In this document: positions 26,306 to 39,700 of the stretch, piece after piece
Position numbering within the stretch: position 1 is the first letter of the stretch
How the letters are laid out: each line of letters starts with the position of its first letter
From: the human T2T-CHM13v2.0 reference genome, Homo sapiens
DNA: 64,000 bases
Assembly: GCF_009914755.1 (NCBI RefSeq)
Contig: NC_060931.1
Reading direction: 5' to 3' (one strand)
Program-made: the position numbers and the translations under genes
Notes under the pieces: generated by a model
The model's input: only the letters and a program-made list of their open reading frames with translations
Database searches by the model: none
Told to the model about the DNA's origin: nothing

Positions 26306-29300
26306 CAAATATTATTTTATCATGATACACTTACTATTATATTAAAGAAATCAAAGAAATACCAAGATTTTAGATGTTCTGCTTTTGTCTTATTTTATGT
26401 TGCAGTTTTCATGACATTGAGACTTTAGGAGTTTTATAGTTAATTGTCAGCTCTTTTAAAGACAATATTTAACAACACTTCTCCATCATTATATTGTAAG
26501 AGTAATGGAAACATCCACACAGACATTCTGTTTGTGTCTCATATTTTACATGGATTAATTGGGAATATAAAAGACAAAGCTAAACTTAATAGTAAATTTC
26601 AAAGCATAAACTTTAAAAAGATAACTCTCTTTTCTGAAAAAAGGTAAGATATCAAGAAGAAATGTGTCGCTATAAAAATTGATTATATCTCTCATAAGTT
26701 GCCACAAAATTTTAATGTTGATATAAGTACTACAAATAATGATTCAATTACATATGAAAGGGTTGAATTTGTGGCTACTGTCTTTATTACCATCAGTTAG
26801 TGTATCAAACTGCATTTGTTTAAATCATTAATGTGATAAATTGTTCTTTTTTAAAAAAAATCTTCATGCTAATTGTTGGATATTCTTAAAAGCTATTCAT
26901 GACCCAGCCCAAAATGATACACTAAGTAAGCACTTCATACATATTAAATAAATAAGTGGTCATTAAATATATGTCCTTCCATTGGGAACCGGGATATACT
27001 TATCCATTCGGTGACCTTTCCGAAATATTACCTTCACCCCATAGAATAATGCCCAGGAGAAGGGGCTTTAGGGCATCTCCAAGCTTTGACCCTTATATTG
27101 CCACTTACTCATGTCCTTCCATAATATGTGGATAATAATGCTTATCTTATTGGGAGTTCCTGAGACTGCCCATTAAGTGCTTTGTACATCAGTTAGCTGG
27201 TTGTTGAAATTAATCGTCAGGCAGGCAGACAAACCAGATGGCCGTTTGTGATCTCCTCTAACTCCTTAATCAAATAACTCCAAACAGCTTTTTAAGAGCC
27301 TATCTGGACAGCATTCCCTAGAAACTATAGTTGATATGCAAAATGTAAATGTGTTCAGTAATAGCTAGTAAAATCCCAAAACATATGGTTGACTTATTCT
27401 GCAAATTACAAAATCTCCAATGGTAATTAGTAAATAATAATAACAAATCTCATTGGGAGTTACTGATAGATGCTAATGCTTTGGTGTTGCATTCTGATAT
27501 GCAATAGTATCTTTTGTCCAATTACAGTGTACTTTTTCTTTAATTTTAGCGGGGTCACTAGTGTCAAGATCTCCCTTTCTGTTTAGGTTTTGATGGGTAA
27601 TTACCTGCTGGCAGGTAATGTATTATAGGAATAAGGTAATATATTCTTACGATTTACTATTCAGTAAGGAATTCATTAACATAAAGATTATGACCTAGAA
27701 TATACCCTTGGGAAAATTTCATGTTGATGTGCTTTTATTTGGAAGGTGAGTCACTATGTTTGCTAGTAGAAAATAGTTGACAGAAACTTCATTTTTAACT
27801 TCTTATTGGATGTAACTGTGGAGTTCAGTCAAATGACAATAAGCCCAGAAAAAAAGCGAATAATTTATTCAACAATTTTAAACAGATATGTTCTTGTGTG
27901 TCATAAGAAGCATGATTGTCATAAGAAAAATGGATAATGTAAACCTAGTTAATGAAACTAACTTTACATATTTTAGTAGATACATTAGTATATTCTACAT
28001 AGTAGCCTTCATTCCATTCAGGTCATTAATATAAGGCTACAAGAGACCCTTTCTATGAATTATTTAGGTAAGAGGGTGACAATAAACCTCAGTATTTTAC
28101 AATCTAATGCAAATTAAATGTTTGTAACCATATAACATTTTATAAATGATATTTATCTACGTATCAAATGTTGATTTTAAATATGTTTTCTAATAGGTGA
28201 AAATAATCCAATTAGACTTATTGTTGACTCTGAATCTTCTCTTTGAACAAATGTTATGATACAAAGGTTAAAAACAAATTGAACTAAATCCAATCCGCTT
28301 CCTTTGCTAGGACAAAAAAACTAGTATTAGGCAGGAAGACACTTTACATGTAGAAAGTCTCTGTGCAACTCTTGACTCAGGAGAATGTTTCATCCACAGG
28401 CAATTACACCTCATCTGTGTTGGTCAGAGAACATTAAGGGAAATTCATCGCTGCTGTGTTTGTTTTTTATGGGGAAGGAAAATAAATGTGACTAAAAGAA
28501 GAAAGGACATTTGGTAATTTTCCACTAAAGCTTAGATTGGCAATACAATCACCTCGGAGAGTTTATTTTTAAGAATTGATTTGTTTTTTCCTTAAAAGCC
28601 TGAATTGACAATGAGACCATCCTAAATCCGTAAGATAATTGTGTAACTCTGTGATTGTTAGGACTGGACCCATTATGTTTTTGCAAAATTAAAAGAGAAT
28701 TTTCAGAGTTAATTTTTTAATTCCTTGGAAATTTCTTCACAACCTTTCTCTATTTCACAATGAAAGGCAAACACTACCTTGAAGTTTAAATGCAAGTGAA
28801 TTAATTCTTAAAAAAATAAAAGTATTTGTACTAGAACTGCAAATGTTTGACAGAAATTAGAGAGTGGCTCTTAAAGAAACTCTCAGCAGAAGAGTCATAA
28901 TTAGTTTTAAAATTTACTTCTAGTATCTTCTCAGACCAACAGGACTTTATTTGCTGTAGCATCTTAAAGTATCTAAGGGACATTCAGGCTTGAAATATCA
29001 AAGGAGACATGTTCTACTATAGTCCAAAGAGGAGTAGGAAAATATGTTGTGAAAGGCACAATGAAATTTCCCAAATATAAGCTATTAGCTTGAGATCAGC
29101 TTTCCTTATTTGGAAAATATAATACATTATGAATTTTCATAATAAAAAAATTTGTATAACTGTCTCTTACTCTATGGACTTGAATATTTATTTTGGGGAA
29201 AAACATATCTTATTCCACTCTTTTTAATGGTGTGTGTTCTGGTTTGGGAAGTAAGATATGAAAATATACAAAATAAAAATTAATATCTTTTTTTAGTTTA

Positions 29301-30244
29301 CTAAGCAGTGATGGTAAAACACAAATTATGATCCTAATTTTACACATCAAAATTGTTCTAAAAGCTGGGCCTGGCAAATTCTTCAGCTCACTGGAAAAGA
29401 ATCATAATCAAAGCATAGAGTTTTATCTTGTCAAGAATCAAATAAGAATTATTTGTGTCTATATTATATACTAATCTCTGTACGATATAAAACCATGAAA
29501 TACAGTTTTCTCTTAATTATAGTTTGAGAAGAAAAACAAGATGAAAATAAGAATTTACTAAGAGATAGAAGATATTCATATCTGTGAATCACCATCATGA
29601 GCAAAACATAATTGTGAAAATATTTAAGCCTGAAGTCAAGCACAGAGAGTTTATGACCTCTATGAGCTGATGATCATATACTTATCAATTCAGCTCTCTT
29701 TTTTGAGATAAGGAAACACAGGAACATAATAGTAATTGATTTGTCCAGTGACATAAAACAAATGAATGATCTAGTATACTGTTAGAATTATTACAGTGGA
29801 ACTAAAAACGAATCAAGCCCGATTTGGTTTACATGCTTATAATATCCCTTGCCCTCTCTTCCTCCACTCTATTCCCTGTTACCAAAATGATCTTCACAAA
29901 ACGCCTTTGATCTGTCACTCACTTGTTTAAAGACCTCTTCAAGGCTCCACGAGATCTGAACTTAAAGTTGCTTTTCTGCCTTTTATTCTCACTACCCTGC
30001 CTGTCCCCTCTGCAGATAAAAAACAAGCAAAGCTATTCTCCAACATATGCTGAATATTTTTAACACAAAATGCCTTAGCGCACACTGTCCTTTCGCCCCA
30101 TAATGCCCTTCTCCTTACCTCTTCAAATACAAACTTATGTATTCTATGTTCTGCTCAAAGAACAACTGGGGTCTTTCTTGATTTCTTCTCTTCCTATTGG
30201 AGATAATCTCTGCCATGCTTAGCCCATTACACCTCTGGGGTGCA

Positions 30245-30582
30245 CAGAGTCCTCCCTCAGTATCCAAGGGGGACTGGGTCAAGGAGCCACTAGTAACAAG
30301 ATGTGTAGATGCTCAGGACCCTTATATAAAAGGCATATTATTTGCATATAACCTGTGCACATCCTCCTTTATACTTTAAATCATCTCTAAATTATTTATA
30401 AGCTAATACAATGTGCATGCTATGTAAATACTTGTTATACTCTATCACTTGGGGAATAATGACAAGAAAACAGTCTGTACATGTTTAGAACAGGTGCAGT
30501 CATCTATTTTTTTTCTGAATATTTTCTATCGTGGTTGGTTGAGTCCTCAGATGTGAAATCCGAGGATACAGAGGGTTGACTG
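30245..30582 (+). mobile_element. MER2 (TcMar-Tigger MITE)
   Basis: cag...ccctcagtatcc / ggatacagaggg...ctg terminal inverted repeats, TA at the right flank; internal tttgcatataacct...tactttaaatcatctcta. Confidence 0.88.
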
Positions 30583-30829
30583 TATCTCTTTCTCCCACAA
30601 GACTGAAAGTTCACTGAGGACTGGGGCCTTCTCTTATCATATTTGTATCATCTGTAGCACATTGAATGACTTATGCATAGACACAGAGAAGTAACTTATT
30701 AATAACAATTGACATAATTAAAATAGTTCACATTTATTAGACATTTACCCTGACTCAGGCACTAATCCAAGTACTGTAGACGAAGTTAGGATTTGAAACC
30801 AGGCTGTTGGCTCCAGGGTTCTTGTTTTT

Positions 30830-31030
30830 AGCAGTGTGGGCTCTGGAGTCTGCTGTCTTGGACTGAATCCTGATTCTACTACTTAATAGCTGAGTGATCT
30901 CTCTGTGCCTCAGGGCTTCATCTATAAAATGAAAATATTAATGGTACCTAACTCATAGGTATTTTAATAGATGAATTAAAATAATACATTTTAAATACTT
31001 TGAGTAGTGCCTAGCACATAGCAGTGCAGA
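30830..31030 (+). mobile_element. MIR
   Basis: ctctgtgcctcag...catctataaaatg...gtgcctagcacatag. Confidence 0.75.
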
Positions 31031-33889
31031 ATAGCTCTATTTATTTAGTTTGTTCTAAGTATTTTTTGAGTTAATTAATTCAACCCTCCTGGGAAAAACA
31101 CTTCTTACTTTCCCACCTCCTGTCAAAATTCTATTCTAACTTTAAGGACCTGCCTATAGCCAGCTTTTCTGTGAAATCATTCCCAATGCCAACAAGTTTA
31201 TTCCTTCACAACGTTGTACATTTCTAACCTCCTAACCTTACACAGCAGCTAACTATATGTTAGCTATAGGAAACAGTTATCTTCAGCTAAATTTAGCTAT
31301 AATGTGAGAAATAGTTAATGAATTATGAACTTTGTATCACAATAATGAAAAATGATCATCTAACTTTCTGTGTTTTGGATCCAGTCTTTCTTCTTACTTG
31401 CCTAAATACGTAAAAATGATTCTTAAAGTAGGCAGAATGCTTTGAATGACCTGAATAGGACTACACAAAATAAAAACTCTATACTTGATCACACCTACAC
31501 CAGAATTCTAATTTATAAATTGGAAGGAAAAAAAATCTCTCAGGGTGCCCAGGTAGTGTTAACATATCAAAGATGGAGTGTTTACTCAATATGCTAGTAA
31601 AATCCCAATTTAATTCAATCTTTTCCCATACAGGAATTGTTTTCATATCTGAGGAATCATACTCAATTTTCTAGGTTGTATTAAAGCATGATTTTTAAGA
31701 GGTAATCCATAAAGATGTATTTTCCTATAATGAAAAGTAAATATATACCAGGCATTTTCCCTGAATAAAATGAAAGGGATTTTACAACAATTGTGGGGAC
31801 TTGATAGCTTGTTAGGTCAGCCATCCTCCATGATGAGGCTCAGGAGTGACACAAATAACCAGACGAGAGATTCCAATGAGGTATTTTGACATTGCTGTAT
31901 TTCAGGCATGCTTTTTGAAACTAAAGCATGAGTAGTTAAAATCAATCATTGGCTAATTGGATTTTAACACTAAAGTAATTTTTCATCCTCTTTCTGTAGT
32001 GGGAATAATCAAGATAATATTAGATATCATTTCATATTTTAGTGATTTTATTATTTAGTAGGAAAGAACACTAATCTGCTTTGACTCAGGCCCAAGACTT
32101 TGTGAGATACTTTAAAAAAATGTCTAAGACCATTTCAAGGTAACAGTAAAATACTTATGTGGCAAAGTTTAGGAAGAAAAGCAGAGAGGGTAGGATATTA
32201 AATGAAAATAGAAAAGGAGCAGCCTAGAAATCCCAAAACTGAGTTCTTTCTCAGGTTTCTCAGTGGAACTGCATACCCTTTTACAAGTCACCATCAGTTT
32301 TTCTGCTGCAGTATGAGGTATAGAAAAAAAAATAATACCAACTACTTCAAATACATGTACCTGCATTTCACGACAAAGGAGGTTTTATTTCACCAGTCAT
32401 TCAAATATATACCACTCAAGCCCTGGGGACCCTTGGATTACAATGAAACAAGTATTTTATCAAATGTCCAGGAACTTTTAATAATGAATCACTTCCTTCT
32501 CTTTCAAACATAATAATTTTCTAACATGAGTTCTATGTATTTTGAATTTCATAGAAGGATATGAGGTAGTATAATTTATGGGTACATCATAAATATTTGA
32601 AAAATTAATTCCACATAGCATCTCTGATCTAAATTCTAAATTCTTATTAATTTTAAGATATTCTTAGTGTCCATCTAGAGAACAAGAGGTAACATACTAA
32701 ACCAATATCACTTGTTTTTGTTAAAATTGGCATTGATCAATTAGGCCTTCTAATCAAAGCCTTTTTTTCTAGTCAACTGGACTATGAGACAACCCTAAAT
32801 ATATAAGGTTGAAATGGAGACAGCTAGTACACATAATATCTTCCCTCTCCTTCTAGCATCCACTTTAGCTGATGTGGCAGGGCTAAATTGTTCTCCCTCA
32901 CTCACCCCCAACCCCTGACATTTCCTAGTATATAATGCATACAATATTGGGATAACTAAAAGCAACATTTAATAAAGTGACTGAAGGCATGTTCACAATT
33001 TGAAGCCAAGGATTTGAGTGGGGCTTCCTTCTCAAGAAAAAATACTAATAATAACACTGACTAAAATCTGGAATGCAACTTTAACAGACTCTAAGCCTAG
33101 GAAGAATGCAGACATAGCCTTCCTCTTAAGAGCAGCACAAAAACGACAAACTGAATTTGTAATTGACAGACTATGCAATGGTTCTATTATCCCCATGGCA
33201 CAGAAACCCCCAAGCATCATGATATGCTCTGATTCTGCATGTGAGGATCAAGAAGTCAAGTGAAGACTACCTCAAAAGCAGGTTGAAAAAGAGAAATAAA
33301 CCCAAAGAAAGAGGCAGTGGACTTATAAACAAAATTCTAAAACACATGATAAACTCAAATACCAAAGTACAGATAACCAAATCAAGAACTGGAACATGGA
33401 TTCACTCCACATCAAATTATTTTTATGAAACAATCCAATGAAGACTTTAAATATCTATATTTGAGATACTAAAATTGATAAATGAAAGAAAAATTTTATT
33501 TTTTCAATTGCAAGGAATTCTTTTTAAAGAAGAAAATGATGGCTATGTATGAAAAGAACAAATCAAATAAAAATCATGGTCATTAAAATTTAAAAATATC
33601 CACATTAAACAGAATAAAATAGAGGACTGGTGAATTGAAAAGATTATATAAGAAATTTATTAAGAATGCAGTACAAAGAACAAGGAAATAGAAAAACATA
33701 AAACATTATTTTAGAGGTCTGGAAGAGAAATTAAAATAGCACAACATATACCTGATAGGAATTCCAGAAGAGAAAGAATGATGGAAAATTAATATCTAAA
33801 AATTATAGCTGAGAATTCTCTAGAATTTAGGGGTAAAATCAATTCTTAAATATACACTTCAGCTTTCAAGAAGATGTCAATAAGTAAAC

Positions 33890-35146
33890 ACTTTGTGTAA
33901 TTTATTTTTCTCTGGAAACTTTTCTAGATTTTCTCCATGTTTCAGAGTTCTGAAATTATATGATGATGTGTTTTTTTGTGTGTGCATCCATTTTCATCTT
34001 TAATTGGGACTGTCAGTGGGCCTTTCAAATCTAGAAACTCACGTTCTTCAGTCCCAGAATATCTTCTACTATTTATGTGATATATTATCACATCCATTAT
34101 ATTTGTTTGTGTCTTTGTTAAACTACTTGAATGTTAGATCTTCTGACTTGATGCTGATGCTCTAATTTCTCTTGTTTTTTCTTTAGTTTATTTTCCATGT
34201 CTTTTTCATTTCATTTTCATTTCTGGGAAATTTCCTCAATTTTCTTTTTTGGCACTTTCCAATTTTTTATTCCCACAATTATTTGTTTTGTTCATTGGCT
34301 AGTCTTTTTAATTGTGTGTATGTGTGTCTGTGTGTGTTTCTGCAATATTTTCTTCTATCTCTTTTGAGGATATCAGTTATAGTTGTTATGATTTTCTTTC
34401 TGCTCCCAAGTTTTTTTTTATTTGAATTTATTGGTCCACTTCTTTCTTTTGGTTTCTGTTTTTATGTTAAATATTTTCTTCCAGTGGCCGTAGTGGCTTT
34501 CTAATAATATTTAGGAGTGAACGAGAACTAAAAAGCTAATTGGAGGTTATGTGTGCTTGGCTGTCTTAGGGAGAGGCAGGGAGATGTGTTGACTGATGGA
34601 TCTCATAATAGGATAATGAAACAGCTATTTCAATGATAGGTCTTCAAATGATGCACCTCCAAATTTTGCTGTCCCTGAAGGCTATTTTTACCCTTCTATT
34701 TATAGGTTAATCAGTTTACTCAGAAAATAAACTTCTGGTCCTGCCAGGGTTAAGGAAATACAGTTGACTGGGTATGTAGGAAGGGCAAAGAGATCCAGGG
34801 GTCTAAATGCATTGTATACAATCTTCCAAATATTCCTTACGTTTTCAAGCTCTAACTGCATTACCAGGTTTAGAGGCATTTCCCAACATTTCTGGTGTTG
34901 TGTGGCACAACTGGATTGATTCTGAGCTTCTGCATATGCTAGAATAAATTTCAGCCTTATTTGGTATTTTAAGTAAATTATCCTCATCAGTATGTGTTAC
35001 AGCTTTCAAAAATTCCTTGTTATAACATCTTTCCTCAGTTTTTATATTATTTTATAGCTCTTCATATTATTTTGTCCTTTTAATCTCATTTTTATAAAGT
35101 TTTAAGAAGCAGAAAAATTAACAATTATTCTGACTCTACCATGTTT
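33890..35146 (-). mobile_element. HAL1-like or other ancient L1 5' fragment, antisense
   Basis: Reverse complement reads as L1-type ORF1 (gatttgaaaggcccactg...aatttcagaac...tccagagaaaaa). Confidence 0.5.
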
Positions 35147-35668
35147 ATCTAAAGGGAAAAATCTTAAAAGCTTCCCAAGAGGAAGCATAAATTATCTACT
35201 CAGGTGCCAGAAGATGATGGAATATCTTCAAAATGCTAAGAAAAAAAATATCCACATCAAATGCCACACTCACAAAAGAATCATCACCTGAGAAGGCATT
35301 TTTAGGTTTACAAAGACTAAGAAATACTCATAAACAGACCCTCAGTAAAAGAATGGTAATTGGATGCACTTCCACAGGAAAAAGAGGAAACCCACACAAA
35401 TGGCATGAGTTACAAGAAACAGGAGTTAACACCAAGCTGGATAAGGTATCTGTACATTTAATGATTGATTTTAAATATAAAAAGTGTATTTGTGTCATAT
35501 TGGTTTAAAACCTTCAAAAAACAATACCAATATGGTGCAATCAAGATGCTTCATTTTTGTTATTTTTTTGACAGAACAGAAAACATAAATGACTTTGTTA
35601 AAGAAAAATCATTAAGCATAAATTTTAAAAATTAAGACTGACTACTAACAGAATTGAAAGAAAATATA

Positions 35669-35907
35669 CAGGTTGAGAATATCCTTTGTTGCAAACATTT
35701 GGAAACAGAATTCTTTCAGACTTTGGATTTTTTTTGGATTTTGAGATATTTGCATTATACTTACCAGTTCAACATCTCTAATCCAAAAATCTGAAATCTG
35801 AAATGCCCCAGTGAGCACTTCCTTTGAGCATCATGTCAGCACTTTAAAAGTTTCAGATTTTGGAGTATTTCACATTTTGGAATTTTTGATTAGTGATACT
35901 CAGCCTG
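35669..35907. mobile_element. Tigger4a/MER46-like MITE
   Basis: caggttgag / ctcagcctg termini, about 240 bp, ctttgagcatcatgtcagcact core. Confidence 0.82.
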
Positions 35908-36731
35908 TGTCACTTCTAAAGCAGCAGAGAAAATAAAGTAATTTTTTTAAGTTTTTACTCCCTAAAGCACTAATAAATACAGAAAAATAATGTACAAAGA
36001 TGACTAACAGAAAAGTCAAAATAATATAATAAAAATAAGTTCAAACATAGTAGCTAATCAAAATAGTGTAAATTGTTCAAACTTGTCTACTTAAAGATTA
36101 CAGACTGGATTTTTATTATTATAGTTATAAATTCTTGGCAAGAGCCATGATAAAATGATGGTGAAAGCTATGATATGTGAATAGTAACTATAAGAAAACT
36201 AATGCAGCAATATTAATATCAGATGGCATAGAATTTAAGGCAAAACATTAATAAGCATATTATGTACAATAATAAAAGGGAAAAATTGCTAAGTAATGCT
36301 AATAACCATGAGCTTGTTTGCAACTATGAACTAAGAGGCTTAAAATATACAAAGTAAAACTGGCACAACTGCAAAGAGAAATGGATACCTCAATAATATT
36401 AGTAAGAGACTAAATGACCAAAGTGAACTATATATTATTATATATTATAAATTACTTGCAATATTGTTTAGAACAACAAACTTAAAAAGCTTTAGCTAAT
36501 AAATATGTTTAGAACTGTGTGTCCAAAAGAAAATAGGTAAACATGGAATAATAATCAAACTAACAATGCAGTAGGTCACAAAGGCAGTATTATCACATTA
36601 CAAATAATTGCTTATAAGCAATAGTCTATGGTAATATCCTAATCTAAATGGACATCAATAGTAAAATGAATTTAAAAAATGAATATCCTGTTAAAAAACA
36701 TATCTTATATTACAATAGGAATCAGGAAATA

Positions 36732-39700
36732 CTCTGTGGCTGGCAAGATGGCCAAATAGGAACAGCTCTAGTCTGCAGCTCCCAGTGAGATCAACACAGA
36801 TAGTGGGTGATTTCTGCATTTCTAACTCAGGTACCCAGCTCATCTCATTGGGACTGGTTAGATAGGCAGTGGATGCAGCCCACAGAGGGCAAGCCAAAGC
36901 ACAGTGGGGCATTGCCTCACCCAGAAAGTGCAAGGGGTTGGGGAACTCCCTTCCCTAGCTAAGGGAAGCCCTGAGGGACTGTGTGTGAGTAACAGTGCAC
37001 TCCGGCCCAGATACTATGCTTTTCCCATGGTCTTCACAACCCACAGACAAGGAGATTCCCTACATTGTCTATGACATCACGGCCCTGGGTTTCAAGCACA
37101 AAACTGGGCAGCTGTTTGGGCAGACACTGAACTAGCTGCAGGAGTTTTTCATATCCCAGTGGCACCTGGAATACCAGCAGGACAGAACCGTTCACTCCCC
37201 TGTAAAGGGGGCTGAAGCCAGGGAGCCAAGTTGTGTAGCTCAGCGGATCCCACCCCTACGGAGTCCAGCAAGCTAGGATCCACTGGCTTGACATTCTCAC
37301 TGCCAGCACAACAGTCTGAAGTCAACCTGGGATGCTCAAACTTGGTGGGGAGAGGGGCATCCACCATTACTGAGGCTTGAGTAGGCAGTTTTCCCCTTAC
37401 AGTGTAAACAAAGCCTCCAGGACATTCAAACTGGGCAGAGCCCACCTCAGCTCTGCAAAGCCACTGTAGTCAGACTACCTCTCTAGAGTCCTCTTCTCTG
37501 GGGATGGCATTTCTGAAAGAAAGGCAGCAGCCCCAGTCAGAGGCTTATAGATAAAACTCCCATCTCCCTGGGACAGAGCAGCTGGGGGAAGGGGTGGCTG
37601 TGGGCACAGCTTCAGCAGAGTTAAGTGTTCCTTCCTGCCAGCTCTGAAGAGAGCAGCAGATCTCCCAGCACAGCGCTCAAGCTCTGCTAAGGGACAGACT
37701 GCCTCCTCAAGTGGGTCCTTGACTGCCGTGCCTCCTGACTGAGTGACACCTCCCAGCAGGAGTTGATAGACACCTCATACAGGAGAGCTCCCACTGCATC
37801 TGGCGGGTACCCCTCTAGGATGAAGCTTCCAGAGGAAGGAACAGGCAGCAATCTTTGCTGTTCTGCAGTCTCCGCTGGTGATACCCAGGCAAACAGGGTC
37901 TCGAGTGGACCTCCAGCAAACTCCAGAAGAACTGCAGCAGAGAGGCCTGTTAGAAGGAAAACTAACAAACGGAAAGGAATAGTATCAACATCAACAAAAA
38001 GGATGTCCACACCAAAACCCCATCCAAAGCTCATCAACATCAAAGACCAAAGGTAGATAAATCCATGTAAATAAGGAAAAACCTGCACAAAAAGGTTGAA
38101 AATTCCAAAAACCAGAATTCCTCTTCTCTTCCAAAGGATCACAACTCCTCACCAGCAAGGGAACAAAACTGGATGGAGAATGAGTTTGACGAATTGACAG
38201 AAGTAGGCTTCAGAAGGTGGGTATAAGCAAACTCCTCTGAGCTAAAGAAGCATGTTCTAACTGAATGCAAGGAAGCTAAGAACCTTGATAAAAGGTTATA
38301 GGAACTGCTAACTAGAATAAAGTTTAGAGAAGAACATAAATGACCTGATGGAGCTGAAAAACACAGCATGAGAACTTCGTCAGGCATACACAAGTATCAA
38401 TAGCCAAATTGATCAAGGGGAAGAAAGGATATCAGAGATTGAAGATCAAGTTAATAAAATAAATCACGAAGACAAGATTAGAGAAAAAAGAATGAAAAGG
38501 AACAAACAAAGCCTCCAAGAAATATGGGACTATGTGAAAAGACCAAACCTACATTTGATTGGTGTACCTGAAAGGGATGGGGAAAATGGAACCAAGTTGG
38601 AAAACACACTTCAGGTTATTATCCATGAGAACTTCCCCAACCTAGAAAAACAGGCCAACATTCAAATTCAGGAAATGCAGAGAACACTATAAAGATACTC
38701 CTCGAGAATAGGAACCCCAAGACACATAATCATCAGATTCAACAAGGTTGAAATGAAAGAAAAAATGTTAAGGGCAGCCAGAGAGAAAGGTCAGGGTACC
38801 AACAAAGGGAATCCCATCAGACTAACAGCAGATCTCTCTGCAGAAACCCTACAAGCCAGAAGATAGTGGGGGCCAATATTCAACATTCTTAAAGAAAAGA
38901 ATTTTCAACCCGGAATTTCATATCCAGCCAAAGTAAGCTTCATAAGCAAAGGAGAAAGAAAATCCTTTACAGACAAGCAAATGCTGAGAGATTTTGTCAC
39001 CACGAGGCCTGCCTTACAAGAGCTCCTGAAGAAAGCACTAAACATGGAAAGGAGAAACAGGTAGCAGCCACTGCAGTAAGATACCAAATTGTAAAGACCA
39101 TCGACACAATGAAGAAACTGCATTAACTAACTGGAAAAATAACCAGCTAGCATCATAATGACAGGAAAAAATTCACAAATAACAATATTAACCTTAAATG
39201 TAAATAGGCTATACACCTCAATTAAAAGACACAGACTGGCAAATTGGATAAAGAATAAAGACCCATCAGTGTGCTGTATTCAGGAGACCCATCTCACATC
39301 CAAAGATACACATAGGCTCAAAATAAAGGGAGGGAGGAATATTTACCAAGCAAATGGAAAGCATAAAAAAGCAGGGGTTGCAATCCTGGTCTCTGATAAA
39401 ACAGACTTTACACCAACAAACATCAAAAAAAGACAAAGAAGGGCATTACATAGTGGTAAAGGGATCAATGCAACAAGAAGATCTAACTATCCTAAATATA
39501 TATGCACCTAGGACAGGAGCACCCAGGTTCATAAAGCAAGTTCTTAGAGACCTGCAAAGAGACTTAGACTCCCACACAATAATAGTGGGAGACTGTAACA
39601 CCCCACTGTCAATATTAGATCAATGAGACAGAAAATTAACAAGGATGTTCAGGACTTGAACTCAAGTCTGGACCGAGCAGACCTAATAGACATCTACAGA

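Larger units (their letters stand above)
32870..36716 (+). mobile_element. Ancient L1M relic (ORF1 and start of ORF2), fragmented
   Basis: Degenerate ORF1 motifs (ctgataggaattccagaa = LIGIPE; gctgagaattc; aaaatcttaaaagct = KILKA) and endonuclease-like text; appears to continue after 43240. Confidence 0.55.
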
